A stretch of DNA of 55,899 bases, from positions 1 through 55,899 of the forward strand of contig JAJDCK010000017.1 in NCBI GenBank assembly GCA_029260855.1, written 5' to 3'. The position numbers and the translations under genes were made by a program. The notes below the pieces were generated by a model. It was not told the DNA's origin. It did not search any database and saw only the letters and a list, made by a program, of their open reading frames with translations. The stretch comes from Candidatus Saccharimonadota bacterium (GTDB lineage: Bacteria > Patescibacteriota > Saccharimonadia > Saccharimonadales > OFTM59). Below, in pieces: positions 12,925-23,054 of the stretch (positions are counted from its first letter, which is position 1; each line of letters opens with the position of its first letter).

Positions 12925-13758
12925 TTATAGCTTTAGTAGTAAATATACTCCAAAAATGCCACTTACAAAAATAGTTAAGCCCACAATCACTACTTGCAGC
13001 ATCCCTTGAATTATTGATTTCTTGCTAAGCGGGTTGCGCCCGACAGAAGTAATCCCCGCTTTTACGCCTCCAAAAAGCAAGCTGGCCGCAATCGCAGTAC
13101 TGACAAAAAATATAACAAGACCCATATAGATACGGGGAGGTTCAACCGGCTTCCCGGCTATATCTTCCGCAGCACGACCTAAGAAGTCCGGCAAACTAGC
13201 CGCTGATTTTTGTGTCGGGTTACGCGCTACTTGTATATCCACCCGCACGCGGCCCACATTAATCGTTCTATCCCCTACCTTTGTTGAGCTAACCACGCCA
13301 TTATGACCATCAAACAGCTCTAGAGCCCTGCCAGCTACGTAAGGCTGTTGGTCATCTACTCGCATACCAACTCCATCCAATGAAGAGGTTGTTATGTAAT
13401 CACCGGGGTTGATTATCCCGTTTTGGTCACTCACCAACACGTCATACTTGCCTACGGTAGCCACGAACACTTTTTGGTCTTCGGCCGATAGTGTTACCGG
13501 AGCGTCATTAGCGTCTACAACGACACCGTGTAATTTATCAGCATGCGTTGAACTGACAGCTTCTACCGTGCTTGTATCGGAATCCTTAATCCCGACCAGC
13601 ATGCCTCGCTGTAGGGCGCCCTCGGCGCTATTGTATCCTTGCGTTACCGCTTGCGCCGATAGCAAGCCTCTTGAACTCAGCACTATCAATAAAATCAGCA
13701 TGCAAAGCGCCAGGACGCGGTAAAGCGGAAAGAGGCGTAGAATTTTTTCTTTTATCAT
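12925..13758 (-). CDS. Extracytoplasmic-domain protein with C-terminal subunit-c-like hairpin lacking the acidic residue
   Basis: Signal peptide/TM, ~170 aa beta domain (NGIINPGDYITTSSLDGVGM), two C-terminal TM helices joined by ITSVGRNPLSKKSI; occupies the atpE position. Confidence 0.6.
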   Translation of the reverse strand: MIKEKILRLFPLYRVLALCMLILLIVLSSRGLLSAQAVTQGYNSAEGALQRGMLVGIKDSDTSTVEAVSSTHADKLHGVVVDANDAPVTLSAEDQKVFVATVGKYDVLVSDQNGIINPGDYITTSSLDGVGMRVDDQQPYVAGRALELFDGHNGVVSSTKVGDRTINVGRVRVDIQVARNPTQKSAASLPDFLGRAAEDIAGKPVEPPRIYMGLVIFFVSTAIAASLLFGGVKAGITSVGRNPLSKKSIIQGMLQVVIVGLTIFVSGIFGVYLLLKL

Positions 13759-13810
13759 TTTATAATTTCAGTTAAATCATATCCATTATACCTGATACCA
13801 CCTCAGGTAA

Positions 13811-14953
13811 TCAAATAATCGCCAGGATACTTCTAATAGTTTTGATGATAGCTGGTTTGGTCGTAGAGCGACCGATAGTAAAACGCAGCGAGGCTTGAGC
13901 CTTATTATCATTGAGTCCAATGGCTTTTAATACGTAGGAGGGCTCATCACTACTAGCACTGCAAGCTGAGCCTACCGCGCATTGGATGCCTGCCTCATCA
14001 AGTAACATCATCAATCGCTCATTGTCCTGGCCAGCAAAGGTTACGTGTATGTTGTTTGGTAGTCGCGACTTAAGCGATCCGTTAATGATAGAGTCCGGAA
14101 ATTCTTGAGACAATAAGGCGATGAACTCGTCTCTCAGCTCTTGTACGCGACGCGATTCGTCTGAGCGCATACTTTGAGCTTTATCAAGCGCGGCACTTAA
14201 CCCGATGATATTAGCCACATTTTCAGTACCACTGCGTTTATCGTTTTCCTGTCCACCGCCCACTATCAAAGGCGTTAAGGAAATTCCTGACTTAACAAAC
14301 AAAGCTCCGCTCTGTTTTGGGCCGTATATTTTCCCTCCGTTAAGTGTCATCATATCAACGCCAAGCTTGGACACATGCAGGTCCAGGTAGTTGCCAGCCT
14401 GTGCGGCGTCCGTATGAAAATATAAAGGCAGCTTTATGCCCCGTTTTTGGCGGTCTTTTTTAATTTCTTCCAGGGCTTTCGCGATTCGGCGCAAGGGCTC
14501 TATTGTACCGATTTCATTATTTGCATACATAATGCTCACTAACACAGTTTTATCGTTAACAGCTGTTTCTAGCGACGCCAAGTCAATTACTCCGTCTGGC
14601 TGAACCTTAGCGACACGGTTGTCGTAGCGCTTTGACGGTTTTAAAACAGATTCGTGTTCAATGGTGCTAACTACAATATTGGCATCAGGATAGGTACCCA
14701 TGACTCCCATAATGGCCAGGTTGTTGGCTTCGGTTCCGCCGGCAGTAAATATAATTTCACCTGAACGTGCGCCAAGCCAATGAGCTACACGTTCTCTTGC
14801 GCTTTGAATATCTTTTGTAATTATTTTTGCCGCTAAATAAGTAGCTGACGGGTTATGAAATTTTTCGGTAAAGTACGGTTCCATGCAAGTCAGAACATCT
14901 CGGTCCAACGGCGTGGCTGCAGCATAATCAAGGTATATAGATTTCTTGGTCAT
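13811..14953 (-). CDS. iscS: Cysteine desulfurase (IscS/NifS family)
   Basis: YLDYAAATP, HTDAAQ, GGKIYGPK, RSGTENV, GSACSA. Confidence 0.95.
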   Translation of the reverse strand: MTKKSIYLDYAAATPLDRDVLTCMEPYFTEKFHNPSATYLAAKIITKDIQSARERVAHWLGARSGEIIFTAGGTEANNLAIMGVMGTYPDANIVVSTIEHESVLKPSKRYDNRVAKVQPDGVIDLASLETAVNDKTVLVSIMYANNEIGTIEPLRRIAKALEEIKKDRQKRGIKLPLYFHTDAAQAGNYLDLHVSKLGVDMMTLNGGKIYGPKQSGALFVKSGISLTPLIVGGGQENDKRSGTENVANIIGLSAALDKAQSMRSDESRRVQELRDEFIALLSQEFPDSIINGSLKSRLPNNIHVTFAGQDNERLMMLLDEAGIQCAVGSACSASSDEPSYVLKAIGLNDNKAQASLRFTIGRSTTKPAIIKTIRSILAII

Positions 14954-14974
14954 GCTGTTTAGATTACTATAAAA

Positions 14975-15343
14975 TTAGGCAACTGTAGCGTAGAGCTCGG
15001 CTTTAACTCGGTCACGGTAAAGCTGGGTAGCGTCAACCAAGCGATCCAGCTCTTGGCCGCTGACCTTTTGGTACTGTCCATTTTGAGACTTCAGGATAAC
15101 GTCAGGCCGCACGTCATAGCGCGTAGTCTTAATTTGGCGCTGCCCAGTTTGGTCAACCCACTCCTCGTGCCAAACCCAGGTGTGCTCGTCCAGGCAAAAG
15201 AATTCTCGGCGGCCGCCAGGACGAACAGGGCCAAACAACTGGCCACCTATCCTGGCCTCGTGCCGTAGTAGTTTACGATAAAGGTCCGCGCGGCGTTCTG
15301 CCTGCTTTTGAGCAACTATGCTATCAAACAGTTTGCGCAGCAT
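14975..15343 (-). CDS. Hypothetical protein
   Basis: 122 aa ORF, abuts upstream ORF; REFFCLDEHTWVWHE motif. Confidence 0.7.
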   Translation of the reverse strand: MLRKLFDSIVAQKQAERRADLYRKLLRHEARIGGQLFGPVRPGGRREFFCLDEHTWVWHEEWVDQTGQRQIKTTRYDVRPDVILKSQNGQYQKVSGQELDRLVDATQLYRDRVKAELYATVA

Positions 15344-15663
15344 CAGCCAGTCTCCCTAAATTCTTGTGCCATGTTGGCGAGCGATACAGCTGATGGTTGA
15401 GCTTCGCTGTTAGCCCGACTTCTATATTCATCCAAGCTATGTACATTTGCTGCCCCACTGTCAACAGGCGCCGCCGGGGCAATTTCTAGAGGCGGTCTTT
15501 CACCGAATAGTGTGACATATGGGCTGGAGCGTTCCTGCTGCTGAACCCGTAGTACAGAAGCTGCTGCTGCGTTTATTATTCTTTGGCGTTGAGCCACAGA
15601 GTCAATACGCCCATGTTGTTGCTCAGGGTTTGGTGAGCCTAAACCATAAATCGTTGCAGTCAT
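15343..15663 (-). CDS. Hypothetical protein
   Basis: 106 aa ORF overlapping tatD stop and the next start. Confidence 0.5.
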   Translation of the reverse strand: MTATIYGLGSPNPEQQHGRIDSVAQRQRIINAAAASVLRVQQQERSSPYVTLFGERPPLEIAPAAPVDSGAANVHSLDEYRSRANSEAQPSAVSLANMAQEFRETG

Positions 15664-16481
15664 GATAGTTGAAATAATTCCTTTGCATTCGTGGTCGTGA
15701 CACTAGCCAGTTTACTCAAGGACTCTCCTCGGAGTTGGCATAAAAATTCTGCAGTCGCTCGCACATGTTTTGTCTGGCAGATTGTACCACGGTAAGGAGC
15801 TGGTGTCAAGAACGGAGCATCGGTTTCAAGAAGTAATTTATCAATCGGCACAGACTTTGCCGCTTCTAGATGCCTCTTGTCTTTAGTAAAAGTCATAATG
15901 CCGTTCAGGCCGACGTACAGGCCACGAGCTATGATTTGTTCTAGATCCTCTAAAACGCTACTAAAACTGTGTATAACGCCTCTAGTCCCTTTATATTCAT
16001 CAAAAATAGACCAAAAATCAGCAAACGCGTCCCGGACATGAAATATTAAGGGCAGATCGTGTTCCTGAGCTAACTCCAAATGAAAACGTAAAAGCTTTTG
16101 CTGGTCCGCTGTGGAGGAATGGTCGTAATGGTAATCAAGTCCGCATTCGCCAATCGCCACTACTTTGCGATTATCTAGCAAATTGCGAATTTTTTGCAAT
16201 TTGTCCGGAGCGTTTACGTAGTCTTTAGCTTCGTGAGGATGGACCCCAACGCTTGCCCACAAACCTTGTCTAGCCTGCACAAACCTCACAGCCACAACAC
16301 TGTCCTCAAGCGTAGTTCCGACGCAGACTATGTGGCCAACACCCCGGTCTGCGGCCTGCCGAATCATCGTATCGGCGTCCACGCCCGAATCTTTTTTCCA
16401 GATTCCACGAATTAAATTAGCTTCCGGCAGCCCAGCCGTGGCCTCCTGTATATGGCAATGAGTATCAAACAGCTCTAGCAT
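15660..16481 (-). CDS. tatD: TatD-family deoxyribonuclease (start corrected to MLELFDTHCH)
   Basis: DTHCH, GVHPH, IGECGLDY, HSFS, LLETDAPFL; directly after metG. Confidence 0.93.
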   Translation of the reverse strand: MLELFDTHCHIQEATAGLPEANLIRGIWKKDSGVDADTMIRQAADRGVGHIVCVGTTLEDSVVAVRFVQARQGLWASVGVHPHEAKDYVNAPDKLQKIRNLLDNRKVVAIGECGLDYHYDHSSTADQQKLLRFHLELAQEHDLPLIFHVRDAFADFWSIFDEYKGTRGVIHSFSSVLEDLEQIIARGLYVGLNGIMTFTKDKRHLEAAKSVPIDKLLLETDAPFLTPAPYRGTICQTKHVRATAEFLCQLRGESLSKLASVTTTNAKELFQLS

Positions 16482-16482
16482 T

Positions 16483-17928
16483 TTATGTAGTTGAAGCTGT
16501 TTCCTTTCGGGGGAATAGGCTGGTTTCAGTTGGACGGATGATACCTTCTCCGAAAATGTGAATAATTTTTTCGGCTGTTTCAGGCAAAAAGGGCTTAAGC
16601 AATTCAGCAATTTCAAGCAAACAGCTGACCTGATATGCTAAAACTTCACGCAAATGGTCTGGGTCATCGGCTTTGTGGATTTTCCAGGGCTTTTCTTCGT
16701 CAATATACTGATTTAAGCCCCGAACCTGCTCCCACAACTCATTCAATGCCTGGTCAAAACGATAATCCTCTAAGGCGGTACGATATTGTGCTGTGTCGTG
16801 TTCTGCAGGTGGTATATCCCCGATGAGGCCGTTTTGGTACTGTGTGATCATGGCCACGGTACGTTGCACGGCATTACCAAGCTCGTTGCCTAATTCGTTA
16901 TTATAGGCGCTGTGTAGCTTAGCCCAGCTGAAGTCACCGTCATCATAGCTTGGTACATGTCGTAAAAAGTAATACCTAAACGCGTCAACACCGTACTCGT
17001 CAACTACCTGTTTAGGATGGATTACGTTTCCGAGGCTCTTACTCATCTTATGGCCTTCAACCGTTATAAATCCGTGTACAAACAAATCTTTTGGCAAAGG
17101 CAATCCAAGCGCTAGCAACATGCCCGGCCAAATCGCAGCATGAAAACGTAAAATGTCCTTGCCGATGACCTGCACATTAGCTGGCCAAAATTCTTTGAAG
17201 TCTTTGTGTTCCGGATAGCCCAGTACGGTTATATAGTTCATCAACGCTTCAAACCAAACATACATAACCTGATTTTCATCGCCTGGCACAGGTATACCCC
17301 AACTAATTTTCTCTTTTGGCCGCGAGATACTTATATCGTCTAGGCCGCTTTTCAGTACTTGGTCAATCTCGTGCTTACGAGTATTTGGCAGCACGCGGAA
17401 CTTTCCGTTTTCTAATGCTTCCTGTATCTGTTGCGTGTATTTACTAAGTTTAAAAAAATAGTTCTCTTCTTCGATCTTTTCATAAGGCTTGTTGTGGTGC
17501 GGGCATACGCCTTTGTTTTCCTTTGCGATGGCTTCAGTCACAAACGCTTCACAGCCCGTGCAATACAAACCACTATATTTACCCTTATAGATGTCCTTTT
17601 CCAGCGCTTTCCAGATTAGCCCGGCACGTTGTTCGTGGCCCGGGTCTGTCGTTCTGATAAAACGATCGTTGCTAATATTAAGCAGCTTAGCTACATCACT
17701 GAATTGTTTGCTGATTTCGTCACTGAACTGTTTTGGCGTTTTACCTTGTTCGGCGGCTTTTTCGGCTACTTTCCCCCCATGCTCGTCTGTTCCTGTGCTA
17801 AAGATTACGGTTTTGCCTTGTTGTCGGGCATAACGAGCCATAACATCACCGTGCAACAGCTCCATGCCAAAGCCGATGTGCGGCTCACCGTTAACATAGG
17901 GAATAGAAGTAGTCACATAGTAATTCAT
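16483..17928 (-). CDS. metG: Methionine--tRNA ligase (short form)
   Basis: PYVNGEPHIG, GTDEHG, YVWFEAL, GKDILRFH, KMSKS. Confidence 0.97.
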   Translation of the reverse strand: MNYYVTTSIPYVNGEPHIGFGMELLHGDVMARYARQQGKTVIFSTGTDEHGGKVAEKAAEQGKTPKQFSDEISKQFSDVAKLLNISNDRFIRTTDPGHEQRAGLIWKALEKDIYKGKYSGLYCTGCEAFVTEAIAKENKGVCPHHNKPYEKIEEENYFFKLSKYTQQIQEALENGKFRVLPNTRKHEIDQVLKSGLDDISISRPKEKISWGIPVPGDENQVMYVWFEALMNYITVLGYPEHKDFKEFWPANVQVIGKDILRFHAAIWPGMLLALGLPLPKDLFVHGFITVEGHKMSKSLGNVIHPKQVVDEYGVDAFRYYFLRHVPSYDDGDFSWAKLHSAYNNELGNELGNAVQRTVAMITQYQNGLIGDIPPAEHDTAQYRTALEDYRFDQALNELWEQVRGLNQYIDEEKPWKIHKADDPDHLREVLAYQVSCLLEIAELLKPFLPETAEKIIHIFGEGIIRPTETSLFPRKETASTT

Positions 17929-17972
17929 AGAGTCCTTATTATAACAGCTATGGCTGGCAATAAATCAGGCTC

Positions 17973-18710
17973 TCAATCACGAGCCTTCGCTAACAGTCGC
18001 AATATCTCAAGGTACAGCCAGATAAGCGTCACCATTAAACCAAAAGCACTGTACCATTCCATGTATTTGGGCGCCCTGGCCTCCGCCCCTTGTTCGATAA
18101 AGTCAAAGTCCATTACAAGGTTTAGAGCGGCTATACCCACCACAAAGACCGAGAACAAGATACCTGCAGTACCGCTGTCCCAGATTAGCGGCAAACTGTT
18201 GCCAGTAAATATCCCGACGAGCAGGTTCACGATATAGTAAAGAGCAATGCCACCGGTTGCGGCCGTAACCGCCAGCTTAAAGTTCTCTGTAACTTTAATA
18301 AGACCGCTTTTATAAATAACAAGCATGCAGAAGAATATACCGAAGGTTAGCGACACAGCCATCATCACTATGCCGCCGTACTCAGCTTCAAATAATCTAG
18401 AGACGACACCCAGAAACAGTCCTTCTAAAATCACATAAATCGGGGTGGTGACTGGTGCCCAGGTTTTTTTAAAAATCGTAACGAGTGCAACAATAAACCC
18501 AAGTATCGGTGCGCCCATAACAAGCAAGGGAAGTGAGCTGCTGGTGCCTGAGGATAGTAAATTCCAGCCGACAACCGCGCTTGCAACACACATTAAAAGC
18601 GCCGTTAAGGATTTGTTAACTGCTCCGTTAAGGGTCATCGGCTCCCCGGCCGCTTCTAACCCGTAAAAAGTCTTTTTACTAAGGGCTGGGTTGCCTGTTT
18701 TGTACGCCAT
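17973..18710 (-). CDS. Bax inhibitor-1/YccA family membrane protein
   Basis: 7 TM; DFDFIEQG..PKYMEWYSAFGLMVTLIWLYLEILRLL. Confidence 0.9.
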   Translation of the reverse strand: MAYKTGNPALSKKTFYGLEAAGEPMTLNGAVNKSLTALLMCVASAVVGWNLLSSGTSSSLPLLVMGAPILGFIVALVTIFKKTWAPVTTPIYVILEGLFLGVVSRLFEAEYGGIVMMAVSLTFGIFFCMLVIYKSGLIKVTENFKLAVTAATGGIALYYIVNLLVGIFTGNSLPLIWDSGTAGILFSVFVVGIAALNLVMDFDFIEQGAEARAPKYMEWYSAFGLMVTLIWLYLEILRLLAKARD

Positions 18711-18767
18711 GTTTCCCTTTGTCCGTTAATATAAAAATTATAGCTTAATTTATCAGAAAAGTGATGG

Positions 18768-19114
18768 CTAATTTGGGGCAGCGGTTTCTAACTCTTTTAA
18801 TTTTAAGGATCTGTTTGGAATCGTAGGTTTTAGAAACTCAACTAATCGTTCAATAAATACTTGACTGCTTTTAATCACTTTGCTCATTGCAGTTGGCAAG
18901 TCTGGCCACTCAGCTTTATCAATCTCAGGGAATTCCTGCATATTGCCAGACCTTGGTGGCCATTCCATAGTGAACATATCTGGCTTTATCTGTGACACGT
19001 CTAGGCAGCCTCATCTTTCTTGGCATAAAATGGCCCGCCCATATGCCCGAGCAGCACCTTAACCTGCCCGTCTTCAATCTTATAAATCAACAACCCTGCA
19101 CTTTGTTTTGGCAT
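18768..19114 (-). pseudogene. NUDIX-family hydrolase pseudogene
   Basis: MPKQSAGLLIYK...VLLGHMGGPFYAKKDEAA then TAG where Trp is expected; central Nudix box missing; C-terminal part FTMEWPPRSGNMQEFPEIDKAEW in another frame. Confidence 0.8.
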
Positions 19115-19126
19115 TAGGTATCTAGA

Positions 19127-19800
19127 TTAGGTTTTATTATATTGCTCAATATACTGGTAAGACCATTCCGCCTGGTGCGACTGAATTCTGCCCGCATCTA
19201 GTAGAATACCAGTTGCGGCACCCATACCAATCACTTGAGTAAGGTCATATCCTTGGGATTTAAGTGCTGCTTCGCCGCCTTCTTCCCGGTTCAGCAAAAC
19301 AACAAACTCGGGTAATACCAACCCCGCTCCTTCGATAGGTCCGGTTACTTCTACTTTCGTATCAGTATTGCTTATCACGTTATTAAGCCCAATAACTCTA
19401 TCGCCTGATTGATACTGCCCCTCAATCGGCGGATGTTTGCCATAGCCCTTCTCCCCCTCAGGAGTTCTAAGGTACAAAAGCGAAACACCGTTTAAAAGTG
19501 CGACTGCCCCGACAACTGGATTCACGGCTTGCGGCAAATTAACAATGTGATCAAAGGAGTTTTTTGCCTGATCTAGACCATGCGCATAGCCTTCGACTGT
19601 TAATTTTGCCAGCCGTTTTTGCCTCTCTAGAGACATGTCAATTTTCGTAGAAAATGACATTACACCTCTCCCATTAAAAAAATTAGGCGACAGCCTGCCC
19701 GACTTTAATCTAATGAATTCTTCTTTTGATTTGACATAACCAAGCTCACCCTATCAAATAAGCCGACAACGAGTTCTTCTAGATGTTCGTACTGTGCCAT
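19127..19800 (-). pseudogene. pyrE: Orotate phosphoribosyltransferase, frameshifted
   Basis: ATG at 19800 (MAQYEHLEELVVGLF) is out of frame with EFIRLKSGRLSPNFFNGR...KGYG...IEG; PRPP motif reads NNVIS instead of DDVIT. Confidence 0.75.
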
Positions 19801-19803
19801 TGT

Positions 19804-20522
19804 TTACGCTTTGGCTGTCTCAAGTTCATGTACCAGCTCGTTAAATGCCCGCGCAGGGTCGACGGCCTTTGTGATTTGTCGCCCAATGACTAATAGGTTG
19901 GCCCCATCACGAATTGCGGCCGCTGGCGTACTGACACGTGCTTGATCTTGTACTTCGGAATTTGCTGATCGTGTTCCTGGAATCATGGCGAATAGGCTAG
20001 TGGTTTCTGGATTTTCTTTTATCATGCCCACTTCCTTAGGAGAAGACACAACTCCTTTGAGGCCAGCCCTTGCTGCCATTTCGGCCAATTGTTTAACTTT
20101 CTCTCTTGCTAAAGCACCAAAAATCTCCCTGCTTTCTTCATCCGTTATGGAAGTAAGTACAGTCACACCGAGCATTTTTATATCACCCGCTTCTTCTTGG
20201 GCTTGGTGCATTGCTTCCATGCCTGCAGTCGTATGCATAGTGATAGCGAAGGGCGGGTGCTCTAATTTTTTAAGGTTTTTCGCACGGCACCGACAACCGT
20301 ATTAGGAATATCATCAAGTTTAGCGTCAGCCACCCAATCCAGATCATATTCGGCGGCTATCTCAGAACAATACTGCCAGCTTGTAGCGCTAAATAGTTCT
20401 AAACCAAGCTTGACGTAGCGCGCTCCTGCTTCTTGGGCAATCCCAACGAGTCTCGCTGCCTCTTCTCTCGCAGATGTGTCAACAGCTAAAATAATTCGTT
20501 CTTCCATTCCTGGTTCCGGCAT
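19804..20522 (-). pseudogene. pyrF: Orotidine-5'-phosphate decarboxylase, frameshifted
   Basis: IILAVD, KLGLEL, DAKLDDIPNTV in 20262..20522; GVTVLTS, PGTR, DQARVSTP, VIGRQIT in 19804..20238; frames join at the A5 run near 20276-20280. Confidence 0.88.
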
Positions 20523-20566
20523 AACCTCTCATTTCTCCCGCCCGTTAGCTTGTTTTGATTATAAAT

Positions 20567-20722
20567 CTATACTGATGATAAATGCCATAGGTCACAGTGT
20601 TGGCATTTGTAGGCTTTTAGTTTTTTACCACTGCGCCACTCGAGTGTAGCTGCTGCACCTTGCGCTTGTGTCTTCTTGTCAAAAGCTAACTTGTCCGCAC
20701 ACGGCAGATCAGCTTTTTCCAT
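20567..20722 (-). CDS. Small putative Zn-binding protein (51 aa)
   Basis: MEKADLPCADK...AYKCQHCDLWHLSSV; start overlaps the trehalase 3' end. Confidence 0.65.
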   Translation of the reverse strand: MEKADLPCADKLAFDKKTQAQGAAATLEWRSGKKLKAYKCQHCDLWHLSSV

Positions 20723-21989
20723 CAATGTATTCTTGGCACAAACGTTCAAAGACTGCGTTCGTCCAACCAAAACCCGTCTGTGTCGGGTAAAGCCCCTTGA
20801 CCGGCGGCTTATCGGACTGTACGACATTGTACTTTTCCAGGAAAACTCCATGTCTGCTAAACCAATCAACGTTTGTTCTAATCCACTTCATGGCTATCCT
20901 GCGGGCGTCATCGTGATACCCGTATCGTCGTAAACCTTGGATCACTATCAAATGTAGTGGCGCCCAACCGTTGGGATACGCCCATTGCGTAGGTATGGTT
21001 CCGCGCACATACTGATTCAAAGGCTGAACATCAGTGGTTGCCAGCCCCCCGCGGTTCTCAAAACGCCGAAGCGACCTGACTAGCTCCTTAGCTCTTTTGT
21101 CGTCTACCATTCCGGCCCACATTGGAAAATAGCTTGCTAGCGACGAAACATTTCCGCGTTTTTCTTTCTCGTAGTTGTAGTCATAATAAAGGTCCCTCAA
21201 CTCGCTCCACATAAGCTCGTTCATGGTTTTATTGCGGGCAGCAGCCGCAACCTCCCAGTAAGACACCTGGCGCCGATCGCCCAGCAGACGATAGTAACGC
21301 GCAAAGTCTGTTTCATACTTAAAAAGCATTGCGTTTAGATCAACCGGAAGATAGTTAAGGCACTTGTGATTGAAGCGCGGGGTCATATCCCAGCCGCTTT
21401 CGGCTTCTGCTAAGTTGTGCTGATAATTTATATCGTAAAAACGGCTTAAGTCACGATAGACTTTGCGAGCATTCGGCTTTTTTGTCCCCATCCATACGAT
21501 CTCGTATTCCTGTTCAGCAATTGGCATACACTGCTGTAGCCACTCAATACTCATGTTGTATTTATCGTAAACTTCCCAGATAAACGTAGTTAGTAGTGGG
21601 GGCTGGCTTCTCCCCATCAAAAAAGTACGCGACGCATTAGGAATAATCTTGTACCGTTTAAACATAAATAGCATATTTTCAAGCATCCCTAACACCAGTT
21701 CTTTGTGCTCTTCGTCCATAATACCCTGGACCATGAAGTAACTGTCCCAGTAGTACATCTCGTTGTAATCAAACTCCGTGCCTACTTCGTACGAAGGCAC
21801 GAGATAAGGTTTAGGTAGACCGATCAGGCTATCTTCATCTTTAGGGCAATAGCGCTGCAGTTTCTCCCAGTACTGACTAATGTATGCTCGGGCAGGCCTT
21901 ACATCATCAACCGTCAGTTCGTGAGATGACTTAAAAAGCTGGAAGTTTCGCACTCTACGGACAGCATCGTTGGCAGGATTCAAGATCAT
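20709..21989 (-). CDS. Trehalase (GH37)
   Basis: EMYYWDSYF, IPNASR, RSQPP, AESGWD, PVDLN, QWAYPNGWAP, EKYNV, GFGWTN. Confidence 0.93.
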   Translation of the reverse strand: MILNPANDAVRRVRNFQLFKSSHELTVDDVRPARAYISQYWEKLQRYCPKDEDSLIGLPKPYLVPSYEVGTEFDYNEMYYWDSYFMVQGIMDEEHKELVLGMLENMLFMFKRYKIIPNASRTFLMGRSQPPLLTTFIWEVYDKYNMSIEWLQQCMPIAEQEYEIVWMGTKKPNARKVYRDLSRFYDINYQHNLAEAESGWDMTPRFNHKCLNYLPVDLNAMLFKYETDFARYYRLLGDRRQVSYWEVAAAARNKTMNELMWSELRDLYYDYNYEKEKRGNVSSLASYFPMWAGMVDDKRAKELVRSLRRFENRGGLATTDVQPLNQYVRGTIPTQWAYPNGWAPLHLIVIQGLRRYGYHDDARRIAMKWIRTNVDWFSRHGVFLEKYNVVQSDKPPVKGLYPTQTGFGWTNAVFERLCQEYIDGKS

Positions 21990-22432
21990 AAGCTTTGGTT
22001 GGCCACTTTCATATGTTTACACGATTCATCAATTAATCGGCGCAGCACATCCATGTTAACATCGCTCAGCTGCTTTATATATAGACAGGATTTCCCGGTT
22101 GAATATTTACCGAGTTGACCCAGTAGTGGCTTCGGGCTATAGCCGCTCGTCTTAGCGTATTCATCAAATCCTGACATGATATACAGGGTTAAGTTTGCCT
22201 TTCGCGGGCTAAAGCCCACCAACATCCAGTCCGCCTCCTTACCACTGGCATATTTATAGTGGTATGCTCCAAAACCGACAATGCTGCTTCCCCACATGCT
22301 AGGTTCCTCACCGGTCACTTCTTGCATTAAGCGGCAGATAACCTGGCTATCACGACGCTTTTGACTATCGGTTATAGATTCTAAAAAGGCGCTCGCGCTG
22401 GCGTCATTTTTCCTTGTCTTCAGCTCTGTCAT
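21986..22432 (-). CDS. DUF1801 (YdhG-like) protein
   Basis: MWGSSIVGFGAYHYKYASG, GFSPRK, GKSCLYIK. Confidence 0.88.
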   Translation of the reverse strand: MTELKTRKNDASASAFLESITDSQKRRDSQVICRLMQEVTGEEPSMWGSSIVGFGAYHYKYASGKEADWMLVGFSPRKANLTLYIMSGFDEYAKTSGYSPKPLLGQLGKYSTGKSCLYIKQLSDVNMDVLRRLIDESCKHMKVANQSL

Positions 22433-22583
22433 GCACTTATGGTAACAGATTCAGTATGCTCTTGTGCAGCTTAGCGCATTGTGCCCGGGTTCTCATTAAG
22501 CCAGCTGCAATCACATCATGTTCACCCCCATGCCTATCATGGCCAGACCGTTGTCCGGTATAGGCTTTATGCGCTTTAAATCA

Positions 22584-23054
22584 TCAAATCACTTCAATAA
22601 CGGCACGCATCTGGACTGGGTGTGGCGAACAATAATACAGGTACAATCCTGGCTCGTTAAACGTGTAGGTGTATGTCTCGCCACGATCTAATATGTCACT
22701 GCCAGGACCCTGCATTGGGCTGCTTTTATCTGTTTTAACATCGTGGCCGATCATGCCGACATTTGTCCAGGTCACCGTCGTACCAACGCCAATCTTCATA
22801 ACCGTCGGGTCAAAGTAAAAATCACCTACAGTAACATTGGCTTTCTGTGCACCTACCCTGTCTGTTGTGGTTTTCTTTATGGCCGAACGTATATGATCAT
22901 TGGATTTACTTTGATTGGCCTCACTAATCACACTACTGTCCGCAACGGTTTGCGTTTTGCTTTCTGGACCGTTCTCATTAGGAGGTTTTGAGATAAAAAT
23001 AAACCCACCAGCTATGGCTATGCCCACTATCACAATCAATAAAAATCTCTTCAT
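22584..23054 (-). CDS. Membrane-anchored cupredoxin (plastocyanin/amicyanin-like)
   Basis: GTTVTWTN...H, YYCSPHPVQM type-1 copper ligands. Confidence 0.9.
   Translation of the reverse strand: MKRFLLIVIVGIAIAGGFIFISKPPNENGPESKTQTVADSSVISEANQSKSNDHIRSAIKKTTTDRVGAQKANVTVGDFYFDPTVMKIGVGTTVTWTNVGMIGHDVKTDKSSPMQGPGSDILDRGETYTYTFNEPGLYLYYCSPHPVQMRAVIEVI

Noticed and set aside
20262-20285. Programmed -1 frameshift in pyrF
   Set aside because: Neighbouring pyrE and NUDIX genes are also broken, so decay or sequence error is more parsimonious.
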